Shown: positions 1 to 9,103, numbered from the stretch's first letter. The stretch is DNA of 64,000 nt from an uncultured Candidatus Poseidoniales archaeon (GCA_963997415.1 CAXEMN010000006.1:1927-65926); one strand, 5' to 3'. Notes: generated by a model from the sequence alone, not told the origin. A program made the numbers and translations.

Positions 1-8
1 TTGAAGGT

Positions 9-290
9 ATGCGTGGGACCGCAGAACGAACCGTATTTTCCAGACGCTGGATGGATGATTTCGAATCGGTCGCAGTTGAAGCATCCCCTGATGTCCGATT
101 CATGCGAATTCAACACCGTGGTCGCTCAGAAGATGGGGACAGAGCGGCTTTTGAGGTGAGGGACACCCGAGAAATCGGGTGGGGTCTCGATCAAATTATC
201 CTCGAGGCAGATCACCACATAGACAACAACATCGAACTTGAAATTTTTCAGGAAAATTGTCGGAATTGGTACCTGAATTTTAAGGCGTGA
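9..290 (+). CDS. hypothetical protein, possibly the 3' part of a gene running off the left edge
   Basis: 93-aa ORF. The frame stays open back to position 3, so the true start may lie upstream of the window. No recognisable motif. Confidence 0.3.
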   Translation: MRGTAERTVFSRRWMDDFESVAVEASPDVRFMRIQHRGRSEDGDRAAFEVRDTREIGWGLDQIILEADHHIDNNIELEIFQENCRNWYLNFKA

Positions 291-433
291 ACCCTTGAAA
301 ATTTCCCCATCACAAAAAGCACAATTGGCGATGCTTTTCAAGTGCGCAGGACGCCGGTTTTAGCGGCTTGGTTCACCCAAGTGTTATAGTCGGCCACAAC
401 TTGTGATAAATTGCTTCGGCAAGGGGTGCGCAT

Positions 434-1960
434 ATGGCGAGAAAAAACAACAAAGGCGGGGGCAAGCGTCAGCGAGCCCAACAACGCGCTCAATATGACG
501 AACTGGACAAGTATCCAGTCTTGCCTCCACACGCCTTTGCACGGATTGTTCGTGACAAGCAAACGCTCAACATCATTTACCAGATCATCGAGCCCCCGAT
601 GACCAAAAAAGAACAAGAGCAGCGAGACGAAATCCTTGACATTTTCATCCGCTCCCTCACAGCAAACATTGACGAAATTGATGCGAATCCGGAAGCCTAC
701 ATCCGCACGGCAATGGATAAAGTCATCAAATCATACGGTATGAAAATCAACAAAAAATCCAAATCGAAGATTTTCTACTACCTCAAGCGAGACCTCATCG
801 GTTATGGTGAAATGGACGTATTGATGAACGACATCAACGTCGAAGATATTTCCTTGGATGGAACAAACGTTCCGATTTTCGCTTACCACCGCAAGTTCGA
901 ATCCGTGGAGACAACCTGTGTTTGGAAGACCGATGAGGAACTCGAATCCTATGTCATCAAATTGGCACAACGGTGTGGAAAGCACATTTCAGTTGCCGAC
1001 CCGTTGCTTGACGCAACCCTGATGGATGGTTCCAGAATCGTCATGAAATTGGGAAGAGAAGTTTCAACAAGAGGCTCAGCATTCTGTATTCGACGGTTCA
1101 AGGACGATCCGTTCTCCCCGGCTGATATCGTCGCATTCCGCACCATGTCTTCGCTCATGGTCGCCTACCTTTGGATTGCGTTCCAAAACGAAGTGCCAAT
1201 GCTTTTCGTCGGCGGTACGGCATCTGGAAAGACAACAACGCTCAACGCCATGTGCATCTTTATTCCTTGGCAAATGAAAATTGTCTCAATCGAATCCACA
1301 CGTGAAGTTAACATCCCTCAACCAAACTGGGTCCCAGGTTTGACCAGACAAGGGTTTGGTGGCGAATCAACCGATGGCGTCATCGGTGAGTTCGAACTGC
1401 TCAAGGCTGCTCTTCGTGAACGGCCAGAATACATCATTGTCGGTGAAATTCGTGGTGCTGAAGCATATGTGTTGTTCCAAGCCATGGCGACGGGTCACTG
1501 CGCATACTCAACGGTTCACGCAGATTCTGTAGCATCGCTTGTTCACCGGCTTGAAAACAAGCCGATTGACATCCCACGTGTCCTGCTGCCCGCATTGGAA
1601 GCCTGTTCTATTCAGATTCAAACACGTATCAATGGAAAACGTGTTCGACGGACCAAGCAACTTGTGGAAATTGTCGGTATCGATCCAAACTCACTTGAAA
1701 TCATCACCAACGAAGTGTTCCGTTGGGACGTCACCTCGGATGACTTCATCTTCAGCGGCAAGTCCTATGTGCTCGAGAAGATCATGGTGAAGATCAATTA
1801 TTCGCAAGACGATATGCGTCGGGAATTAAGAACCCGAAAGCGTATTCTCGAGTGGATGGTGCTGAACGACATCCGTAAGGCAGACCAAGTGTCCCAAATC
1901 GTCACAGAATACTATGTGCGACCAAACGAAATCCTAGCCAGAGTCGACGGATTGCGTTGA
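434..1960 (+). CDS. archaeal type IV pilus/secretion ATPase (FlaI/ArlI-PilB-TadA, VirB11-like family)
   Basis: Walker A 'VGGTASGKTTTLNAM', 'IIVGEIRGAEAYVLFQAMATGH' (Walker B/His-box region), and an FlaI-like N-terminus 'YQIIEPPMTKKE'. AGGGGTG lies just upstream of the ATG. T2SSF-like membrane genes follow. Confidence 0.9.
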   Translation: MARKNNKGGGKRQRAQQRAQYDELDKYPVLPPHAFARIVRDKQTLNIIYQIIEPPMTKKEQEQRDEILDIFIRSLTANIDEIDANPEAYIRTAMDKVIKSYGMKINKKSKSKIFYYLKRDLIGYGEMDVLMNDINVEDISLDGTNVPIFAYHRKFESVETTCVWKTDEELESYVIKLAQRCGKHISVADPLLDATLMDGSRIVMKLGREVSTRGSAFCIRRFKDDPFSPADIVAFRTMSSLMVAYLWIAFQNEVPMLFVGGTASGKTTTLNAMCIFIPWQMKIVSIESTREVNIPQPNWVPGLTRQGFGGESTDGVIGEFELLKAALRERPEYIIVGEIRGAEAYVLFQAMATGHCAYSTVHADSVASLVHRLENKPIDIPRVLLPALEACSIQIQTRINGKRVRRTKQLVEIVGIDPNSLEIITNEVFRWDVTSDDFIFSGKSYVLEKIMVKINYSQDDMRRELRTRKRILEWMVLNDIRKADQVSQIVTEYYVRPNEILARVDGLR

Positions 1961-1978
1961 ATTGAGGAGTGAGCATCA

Positions 1979-2998
1979 ATGGACCTAACGGCATGGCAAA
2001 GGATTTGCAACAGAATCCTAGGTCGTGTTGTCAAGAAACGGGCAAGGGCTGACAAAGAACTCTCTGACAACCTCGTCAAGGGCTCAATGAAAATGATGCC
2101 AGAGGTCTACCTCGCCACTGCAATCATGACCACCATAGCCATCACTTTGGTGTGCTGGGGCTTCGTTTCATTGTTCTTTATTCCCGACATTGGCATCATC
2201 GCTTATTGGGAATCGATTCAGGACCCTGCGACCCTCGACTATTGTTTCGAATGGGAGTATTGGAACCAAGACCTTGTCGACCCGACAAAACCAGGAAACG
2301 GTTGTGATGAATTCGCCTATCAGGTCTTCCCTCCTGCGCTCAAAGCAATCATCATTGCACTTGGTGGCGTCATCATTCCCTATGCGGCATTCAAGTACAA
2401 CAAAGGTGGAGCCAAGCGAGAAGCCGACCGCCGTGGCGCAATGATCGAGAAGTACCTCCCGTACGCTGCATCCTATACTGCAGCAATGTCGGCAGCAAAC
2501 GCAACGCCTTCCAAAATTTTCAGGTCCCTTGCCATGAACAAAGAAATCTATGGCGATGTGGCCGACGATGCGGCAATGGTTTACCGTGATGTTACGTTGC
2601 TCGGCTACGATTTGATCACGGCGATGAAGATGAGCGTCGACCGGGCCGCCTCTGTATGGTTGACCGAGTTTTTCCAAGGTATGGTTGGTACACTGACCGC
2701 TGGTGGACAGCTCAAGTTGTACTTCTTGAACCGAGCAGAACACTACATGCGAGAAAACCGAACTCGCCTACAGATGTTCCTTGAATCAATCGCACTTCTT
2801 GCAGAATCATACATTGTCGTGGCTGTTGCTATGCCTCTGTTTTTGATTGTCATGCTCGTCATTATGTTCTGGGTTTCGGGTTCAGGCGCACAAATGTCTG
2901 AGGGCATGCTCTACGGCATCGTGCTTGGCTTCGTCCCAATGATTCACGTCGCCTATGCGATCTTGGTGTACACGAGCAGCAAGGAACAAGATATGTGA
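1979..2998 (+). CDS. T2SSF-domain (FlaJ/TadB/TadC-like) pilus platform membrane protein, first of two
   Basis: Starts 18 nt after the ATPase stop, behind a GAGGAGTGA SD. Hydrophobic helices flank a cytoplasmic helical segment ('EKYLPYAASYTAAMSAANATPSKIFRSLA...LITAMKMSVDR') typical of T2SSF repeats. Confidence 0.65.
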   Translation: MDLTAWQRICNRILGRVVKKRARADKELSDNLVKGSMKMMPEVYLATAIMTTIAITLVCWGFVSLFFIPDIGIIAYWESIQDPATLDYCFEWEYWNQDLVDPTKPGNGCDEFAYQVFPPALKAIIIALGGVIIPYAAFKYNKGGAKREADRRGAMIEKYLPYAASYTAAMSAANATPSKIFRSLAMNKEIYGDVADDAAMVYRDVTLLGYDLITAMKMSVDRAASVWLTEFFQGMVGTLTAGGQLKLYFLNRAEHYMRENRTRLQMFLESIALLAESYIVVAVAMPLFLIVMLVIMFWVSGSGAQMSEGMLYGIVLGFVPMIHVAYAILVYTSSKEQDM

Positions 2999-3011
2999 GG
3001 GGGTGAATGAA

Positions 3012-4610
3012 ATGGCAAAACGGAAGAAGAAGAACAAGATCATCGTCGAACTCGATCTTCCAAAAGACGATTCAACCCTCACAAAGTTGTATGCTATTCT
3101 GTTCGTTTCTATTCTTCTCGGTTTGGGGACGGCAATTGTATGGTCAACGAATTCCGGATTCATCCCGACTGCTAATGGCGAACCGATGTTCACCAACGTC
3201 TACTGTGGCGCCACAGCGACCGACAGCATGGGCAACAGCATGGGTGCTCAATTCCAAACCAATCAAAAGCCATCGTACGCGGCCAATGAATCGTGTTCAA
3301 TCCTCAAAGACAAGCCCGATGTGGTGAGTTGGACTGGTGAAGAATGGACCTCTGTTTACAAACGAGGGAAAAATTTCGACGTACCCGGTATTGATTCATC
3401 ACAAACTGGGGGCGTGGCTGTAGCCCAACCTCTGTGGGCAAATTGCAGCGTCAGTGCAGATATCCCAACCGATTACACGATTGCGATTCGTTCTCAAGAT
3501 GGCGTCATCATCGACTACCACAACGGCACAACTGACAACGATAACAACCCCGACAATGATGGCTGTGCAATGATGATCCCCAACATCCCGGCAGACAACC
3601 GTTACGAATTCTTAGCCTTCTCCAATGAGGAAGGTAAATTCCTCTCTAAGGTGACCTTTGATGTGACTGTCCACTACTTTGACGGCATACCTGCCAACAT
3701 GAATAACGCTTCATTCTGGATTGGTCCTGAAGTCTCCATAGGCCCTGTTGACATCCACCCCTTCATCTTCCTGAACTTCTTTGGTTTGACGTTCTTTTTC
3801 CTGCTCTACCCCGCCTCCTACTACTGGGAACGGGTCGAGGGTGCAAAGAACGAAGTCGAAGAGAAGTTCCCGGATTTCCTTCGAGATCTCGCAGAATATT
3901 GGAAGGGTGGTCTTTCCATGACGGTGGCTGTACAAACCCTTGCAACCTCCGAATATGGTGCCCTGAATGACGAAGTCAAGAAAATGTCAGATCAGCTGAG
4001 CTGGGGTATCAAGTTCAGCGACGTCATTCGCCAATTCGCAGACCGGGTCGGTACACCTCTTGTCCAAAGAGCGATTGCATTGATTGCAGAAGCTGACCGA
4101 GCAGGTGGAAAGATTTCGGATATTCTTGTCACAGCCGCCAACGATTCACGTGAATTGAAGTTCCTTGAAGGGGAACGACGGCGTGCGATTGGATCGTACA
4201 TTGCGGTTATTTGGACCTCATACTTCGTTTTCCTTGGCGTGATTGTCACACTCGCAGTCGTCTTTATTCCTGCAATTGCAGGATCCAACTCAAGCGGTGA
4301 AGATGGTGGCGACAGTGGTGGTCAAACCATCGGAAACATGACGATTCGTAATATCGACCCCCTGTTTTTCCTCACCGTGTTTTACTATGGAGTCACCATG
4401 CAAGCAGTTGGTAATGGAACCATGGCCGGATTGATGTCAACCGGCCGTTTCTCAACTGGATTCAAGCACTCCGGAATGATGATTCTCGTGTCATTGTTGG
4501 TGTTCAATTTCCTTGCATTCACACCGAACTTGATTGGAATCACCGAAGTTCCAGGGCTTAACCCCTCCTCTGGTGCCTTTGTTCCTGCAAGATTGTACTT
4601 CGGTGGTTGA
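3012..4610 (+). CDS. T2SSF-domain (FlaJ/TadC-like) platform membrane protein with a large extracytoplasmic insert
   Basis: ATG at 3012 preceded by GAGGGGGTGA; the track ORF from 2955 would overlap the previous gene. It has an N-terminal basic stretch plus a TM helix, then a Cys- and N-x-S/T-rich region of about 200 aa. A T2SSF-like segment ('FPDFLRDLAEYWKGGLSMTVAVQTLA...RAIALIAEADRAGGKISDIL') and C-terminal TM helices follow. Confidence 0.7.
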   Translation: MAKRKKKNKIIVELDLPKDDSTLTKLYAILFVSILLGLGTAIVWSTNSGFIPTANGEPMFTNVYCGATATDSMGNSMGAQFQTNQKPSYAANESCSILKDKPDVVSWTGEEWTSVYKRGKNFDVPGIDSSQTGGVAVAQPLWANCSVSADIPTDYTIAIRSQDGVIIDYHNGTTDNDNNPDNDGCAMMIPNIPADNRYEFLAFSNEEGKFLSKVTFDVTVHYFDGIPANMNNASFWIGPEVSIGPVDIHPFIFLNFFGLTFFFLLYPASYYWERVEGAKNEVEEKFPDFLRDLAEYWKGGLSMTVAVQTLATSEYGALNDEVKKMSDQLSWGIKFSDVIRQFADRVGTPLVQRAIALIAEADRAGGKISDILVTAANDSRELKFLEGERRRAIGSYIAVIWTSYFVFLGVIVTLAVVFIPAIAGSNSSGEDGGDSGGQTIGNMTIRNIDPLFFLTVFYYGVTMQAVGNGTMAGLMSTGRFSTGFKHSGMMILVSLLVFNFLAFTPNLIGITEVPGLNPSSGAFVPARLYFGG

Positions 4611-5051
4611 ATGATTCAGGATGAAGAAGCCCAAGTTCACATCCTTGAGATGTTGACCCTGTTCTGGCTGTTTTTCATGTCAGCGACGTTCCTTATTCGG
4701 GTTCATGTTCCAGATGCACCATCTGTAGCTCATGATGCCTCTCTCGAAATTGCTGGTGACGATGCCGTGCGGTATGCACTTGGCTTAGAGGCGGAAATTG
4801 AAGGCGAAAGCAGATTGGAAGAATTGCTTGACAATGGCGCTCTTGATGACGCCTGTGCGCTGCTTCAAGACAGCATTGCTGTTGGTAAGGAAGCCAATTG
4901 TTGGTTGACCCAAAACAGTGGTGTGGCAACGCCATATGGTCGGACAGGAACACCGGCTGGTGGCACGGTGACAGTCCATCACCTCGTGGTTGTTGATGCG
5001 AATGCCTGGACGGTGACCCTCGATGTATGGGCAAGAGGAGGTGCTGCTTGA
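4611..5051 (+). CDS. small pilus-operon protein with an N-terminal hydrophobic helix (candidate pilin-like subunit)
   Basis: Starts immediately after the upstream stop. The N-terminus 'MIQDEEAQVHILEMLTLFWLFFMSATFLI' is a short polar head followed by about 20 hydrophobic residues. No further motif. Confidence 0.45.
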   Translation: MIQDEEAQVHILEMLTLFWLFFMSATFLIRVHVPDAPSVAHDASLEIAGDDAVRYALGLEAEIEGESRLEELLDNGALDDACALLQDSIAVGKEANCWLTQNSGVATPYGRTGTPAGGTVTVHHLVVVDANAWTVTLDVWARGGAA

Positions 5052-5500
5052 TGCAGATGACACCACTGAACACCTCAACAGATCGTGACACGGCACAGAT
5101 GCTGCTTGCCACGGGTGTCGTGCTGTTGATGTCCTTACTCTCAATGGCCATTTTTGGGGTCAAAGTTGCTGGGCTGACCCTTCCTCATGACACAGCATCA
5201 GATGGCGTCATCATCACAGCACAAGAGGTTTCAGAAGGACTTCCAGAACTTGTTGAAGCACGAACCCAACTTTGGATTGATGGCGGCCTTGAACCTCTTG
5301 ATGCCGGTCAAACAGCCATGGATGGTGTTCACAACGACATGCTCCACCATGGCGAAGTTCGTGGTATTGAAGTGAAAATGATTGACATCCAAGTCACAGA
5401 AGCAAGTTCGATGACGTTGAGAATTACAGGTGAACTTGGCGTTTCTGATGGTGATGCAATGCTCACCATACCACTGGATTTCACCATCACGCACGAATGA
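5051..5500 (+). CDS. small pilus-operon protein with an N-terminal hydrophobic helix (candidate pilin-like subunit)
   Basis: ATG at 5051 overlaps the upstream TGA (TGATG) and sits 8 nt after GAGGAGGTG. The N-terminus 'MQMTPLNTSTDRDTAQMLLATGVVLLMSLLSMAIFG' has the same 'A-Q + hydrophobic helix' layout as the preceding gene. Confidence 0.5.
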   Translation: MQMTPLNTSTDRDTAQMLLATGVVLLMSLLSMAIFGVKVAGLTLPHDTASDGVIITAQEVSEGLPELVEARTQLWIDGGLEPLDAGQTAMDGVHNDMLHHGEVRGIEVKMIDIQVTEASSMTLRITGELGVSDGDAMLTIPLDFTITHE

Positions 5501-6178
5501 TCAGCGTTGCTGATGTTCGTTCCATGCCACATCTAACAGATGTTTGATTCGGTCTGTATCGCTCTTTACCATCGAGAGATCAACGATGGGCCAAGAAGCA
5601 ATCTTTGCCCGGTCGGTAAGACCGTCTTGGATGGCTCGAATCCGAGGAAACGCCGCAAGATAGCGATCTGCTCTACGGAAGGAATGGGCATCTCTTGAGC
5701 GGAGCATGCCCTTGTGACGTTCTTCTTCACTCACTGCCATGACAACGCCAACTGCAATGCCTCCTGCCTCCCTCCAACTCCTCAGAAGGCGTTCACTGGG
5801 ATTGATGTGTACGCCCTCGATGAGCAAATCAATCCCTTCACGGCGAGCCCGATCGATGGTGGCAACGATACCAGTTTCCACCGCTTGACAGGTGTCGAGC
5901 CAATCAATCACTGGCTCACCTGATGCGCCCTTAGAAAAGGATGAGCGGTGGAGATTATCTTGGCTGCGTTCAGGATCACAAGCACGCATGATTTCTCGAA
6001 TAGCATCGGTAGAAAGGAGACGAGCAAACCCCGAATCTGCTGCAAGTTGGACCGAGGCGGTGGATTTCCCTGTGCCGGTCGCCCCCGCAATAACAAGGAG
6101 GCGTGGTGCCCGGTCAGCCAAGGTCTTAGCGGCTTGTTCCCCCAAACCAACCTTCCGAGCCATACTTCGCTGTGGCAT
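5501..6178 (-). CDS. 2-phosphoglycerate kinase-like P-loop protein (COG2074 family)
   Basis: P-loop 'VIAGATGTGKSTASVQLA' followed by 'LLSTDAIREIMR', the pattern I associate with archaeal 2PGK-family proteins. Confidence 0.65.
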   Translation of the reverse strand: MPQRSMARKVGLGEQAAKTLADRAPRLLVIAGATGTGKSTASVQLAADSGFARLLSTDAIREIMRACDPERSQDNLHRSSFSKGASGEPVIDWLDTCQAVETGIVATIDRARREGIDLLIEGVHINPSERLLRSWREAGGIAVGVVMAVSEEERHKGMLRSRDAHSFRRADRYLAAFPRIRAIQDGLTDRAKIASWPIVDLSMVKSDTDRIKHLLDVAWNEHQQR

Positions 6179-6283
6179 GGGTGCATTGATGAGTCTTTTC
6201 GCACAAAGTCGAGGCTTCGATGGGGTTTAGACCAACAAATTGCCAACCGAATGCCTTTGAGGGGACAGCACTTGGCACTGAAC

Positions 6284-7720
6284 ATGAGCGCAGAACAGAT
6301 GTGGATTGCCGGTGAATGGTGTGACGCAGAAGATGGAGCAACGGCCGATATTCTCAACCCTGCAACAGGCGAGGTCATGGCCACCACCCCGAAGGCAACC
6401 ATTGCAGATGTCAACCGTTGCGTGGAGGCTTCACGTGCGGCATTCAACGATGCTTCTTGGAAGAACATGGACCCTGCACAACGTGGCCGTATTCTGAACA
6501 AAATGGCACAGGCCACCTACGCTAACGCAAAGGCACTCGCCGCTATTGAATCCAACAACAACGGCAAAACATTCCGTGAAGCATTGTCTGAAATTCGCTA
6601 CGGTGCATGGACCCTCGAATACTTCGCTGGACTCTCGGATAAAATCGAAGGAACAACCATTCCAGTCCCTGGCAACCGATTGAACTACACTTTGCGCCAA
6701 CCGCTGGGTGTCACCGTTCACATCGTGCCGTGGAACTTCCCGCTTCAACTCGCCCTTCGCTCCATCGCACCTGCGCTTGCTTCTGGATGCACCGTGATTG
6801 CAAAGCCAGCGTCCTGGACCCCGCTCTCGCTCATCGCTTGGGCCAAGGCCATGGAAGAAGCAGACGTTGGCCTCCCCTCTGGCGTGCTCCAAGTGATCAC
6901 TGGATCTGGTGGACTGATTGGCGATGCACTTGCAGGCCACACTGGCATCGATGGCGTGGTCTTGACCGGCGGTGTACCAACAGGACAAGCCGTCATGGCA
7001 AAAGCCAGTGAAAACCTCACTCCAGTCACGCTTGAACTCGGTGGAAAAGGCGCCAACATCATCTTCCCTGATGCGAACCTTCGCTATGCTGCCAAGGCCA
7101 TCTGCTTTGGTATCTTCATGAATGCAGGACAAATGTGTTGGGCCGGATCTCGACTCATTGTCCACGAAGATGTCCATGACGAACTCGTCGAGGCCGTTGT
7201 GGCTGAAGTTGGCAAGTGGAAGGTTGGACCGGGCATGTCTGAAGGTGTGCGCATCGGTAGCCTTGTGCATCAATCGCACCGCGCAGAAGTGCTTGAGAAA
7301 CTTGAGGCTGGACTCGCCATGGGTGGAACCGTCGTCTGTGGAGGAAAGGCCATTGAAGGCGATGGAGCCTTCATGGAAGCCACTGTCGTGACCGGTGTTG
7401 ACAAAGATAACCTCCTGTTCAATGATGAGTTGTTCGGCCCTGTCTTGGCTGTCACCAAGTTTAGTGAAGATGCCGAAGCGCTTGCTTTGGCCAACGATTC
7501 TCCGTTTGGCTTGCTCAACGGCATCTGGACCAACAACCTCAGCCGAGCCCATTCGATGGCTCGCGATTTGGAAAGCGGTATGGTCTCGATCAACGAATAC
7601 CCAATCACCTTCCCACAAACCGCCTTTACCGGTTGGAAGCAATCCGGTATTGGTGTCGAGCAAAGCCAAGACGCCATGCGCTTCTACACCAAGGTGAAGA
7701 ACGTCAACGTCAAACTCTGA
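6284..7720 (+). CDS. NAD(P)-dependent aldehyde dehydrogenase
   Basis: 'VPWNFP', 'ELGGKG' and the catalytic Cys context 'NAGQMCWAGSR'. I take the ATG at 6284 ('MSAEQMWIAGEW') because the longer track ORF from 5948 overlaps the divergent 2PGK-like gene. Confidence 0.9.
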   Translation: MSAEQMWIAGEWCDAEDGATADILNPATGEVMATTPKATIADVNRCVEASRAAFNDASWKNMDPAQRGRILNKMAQATYANAKALAAIESNNNGKTFREALSEIRYGAWTLEYFAGLSDKIEGTTIPVPGNRLNYTLRQPLGVTVHIVPWNFPLQLALRSIAPALASGCTVIAKPASWTPLSLIAWAKAMEEADVGLPSGVLQVITGSGGLIGDALAGHTGIDGVVLTGGVPTGQAVMAKASENLTPVTLELGGKGANIIFPDANLRYAAKAICFGIFMNAGQMCWAGSRLIVHEDVHDELVEAVVAEVGKWKVGPGMSEGVRIGSLVHQSHRAEVLEKLEAGLAMGGTVVCGGKAIEGDGAFMEATVVTGVDKDNLLFNDELFGPVLAVTKFSEDAEALALANDSPFGLLNGIWTNNLSRAHSMARDLESGMVSINEYPITFPQTAFTGWKQSGIGVEQSQDAMRFYTKVKNVNVKL

Positions 7721-7729
7721 GGTGGAACC

Positions 7730-8494
7730 ATGACCGTTCAAATCGAGAACCGAGACAACGGCATTCGAATTGTTCGCCTTACAGGAGCTGCAGCGAGCAA
7801 ATCATTCTCTCGTGAATCGTTGCCGATCATTGCACAAGCGATTGATGATGGGCTAAGTGACCAGAGCGTCCGAGCCATGATCATCACCGGTGATGGGAAA
7901 TTCTTCTCCGCAGGAGCAGACATCCACGCCTTCCAAGAAGCGATTGATGCCAACGATGCGCCTCAGTTGATTCGAGACCTCACGAACATCCTTCATCCCC
8001 TTTTGATCCGCATTCGGCAATCCTCGACCATCGTGGTTGGCGCCATCAACGGAGCGGCTGCCGGTGGTGGACTTGGCCTTGCTTTGGCGTGCGATGTCCG
8101 CATCGGCTCACTAAAAGCCAAACTTGCTGCCTCCTATGCCAGCATCGGTCTTTCACCTGACGGCGGGACAACCTGGCTTCTCCCTCGTCTTGTTGGCGAA
8201 CACGTGAGCCGCAGATTCTTTTTCGAAAATCAAATTTGGTCGGCAGAAGAAGCACTCAGTGCCGGGGCCCTCGATGAAGTGGTTGAAGCAGAGGATCTCA
8301 TCGCCAGATCAATTGAAATCGCCACAGATTGGAGTCAGTGGGGTAACCATTTCCGAGAAGCGACCAAGCATTTGCTTCATGTCCAATCGCTCAACGATTT
8401 TGAGACACACCTCAAGCATGAACAAACGCTGATCGAAGCCGCCGGAACGACGCCTGAATTCAAGGAAGGCGTCTCCACTTTTCTTGGAAAGTAA
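7730..8494 (+). CDS. enoyl-CoA hydratase/isomerase (crotonase family)
   Basis: 'FFSAGADI' and 'AINGAAAGGGLGLALACDVRIG' oxyanion-hole motifs. Starts 9 nt after the ALDH stop. Confidence 0.85.
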   Translation: MTVQIENRDNGIRIVRLTGAAASKSFSRESLPIIAQAIDDGLSDQSVRAMIITGDGKFFSAGADIHAFQEAIDANDAPQLIRDLTNILHPLLIRIRQSSTIVVGAINGAAAGGGLGLALACDVRIGSLKAKLAASYASIGLSPDGGTTWLLPRLVGEHVSRRFFFENQIWSAEEALSAGALDEVVEAEDLIARSIEIATDWSQWGNHFREATKHLLHVQSLNDFETHLKHEQTLIEAAGTTPEFKEGVSTFLGK

Positions 8495-8495
8495 A

Positions 8496-9059
8496 TCAAT
8501 GACCTGCATGAGGAATGCCACCATAGGGCATCACCATGAGATGGTAGGGCGATTCGTAGGTTCGAATCCATCCTTTTGACTCATTTCTAAATTGAATCAA
8601 TGGAGCAAAACTTGCATCCATGAACCGCCATTGCTGAACGAGCATGCCAAACTTCTCACGAAGCCCAAACATCCGCTGCATGGTGAATTGGTGACGTGAG
8701 ACAAGAATCAGTTCCTCTGTCCTCATTCCACGCATGTGCATTCGGATTCGGCTTCGGATTTTCCGAATGATGTCTTCTAATTCGATGTCAGGGTGATCGA
8801 CAAAAATCACCAATCGTGGATTGAACGGCCCAGGTACGCCGCCGGGAAACACGTTGCACCCACCATCGGGACCGTATTCTGAGGCAATACGGTCAACATC
8901 TCTATCGTCGAAGGGACGAGGTTCTTCCCAATGGACATCACAGGTTTGGGTTTGGCCGCAACTTGGGCACGGGTCGGTTGGTCGATGGTGGTCCGATGTT
9001 ACTTTTTCACCGTGCCATAATGCTCCATGTTCTGCGCAATATCCTCTTAATACAAACAT
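8496..9059 (-). CDS. hypothetical protein with a Cys/His-rich N-terminus
   Basis: 187-aa ORF filling the gap between the crotonase and the 3-hydroxyacyl-CoA dehydrogenase. 'CAEH...CPSCGQTQTC' suggests a small metal-binding knuckle. No family recognised. Confidence 0.5.
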   Translation of the reverse strand: MFVLRGYCAEHGALWHGEKVTSDHHRPTDPCPSCGQTQTCDVHWEEPRPFDDRDVDRIASEYGPDGGCNVFPGGVPGPFNPRLVIFVDHPDIELEDIIRKIRSRIRMHMRGMRTEELILVSRHQFTMQRMFGLREKFGMLVQQWRFMDASFAPLIQFRNESKGWIRTYESPYHLMVMPYGGIPHAGH

Positions 9060-9103
9060 ACCAAGTCATGGTTGTCGACTCCTAATAAAGAATGGCGTAG
9101 AAC

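Noticed and set aside
2955-3011. Possible frameshift joining the two FlaJ/TadC-like ORFs into one pseudogenised FlaJ
   Set aside because: The first ORF ends in a clean stop at 2998. The second has its own strong SD (GAGGGGGTGA) and an ATG at 3012 followed by a typical basic-then-TM N-terminus. Two intact genes are more parsimonious than a broken one.
5948-6283. N-terminal 112-codon extension of the ALDH ORF
   Set aside because: It overlaps the divergent 2PGK-like gene on the other strand. The ALDH homology only starts at 'MSAEQMWIAGEW' (ATG 6284).
6431-7741. 436-aa ORF on the minus strand
   Set aside because: It is entirely antisense to the aldehyde dehydrogenase gene, whose plus-strand product has textbook ALDH motifs. 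The antisense product has no motif and a low-complexity R/S/G/H composition typical of shadow ORFs.
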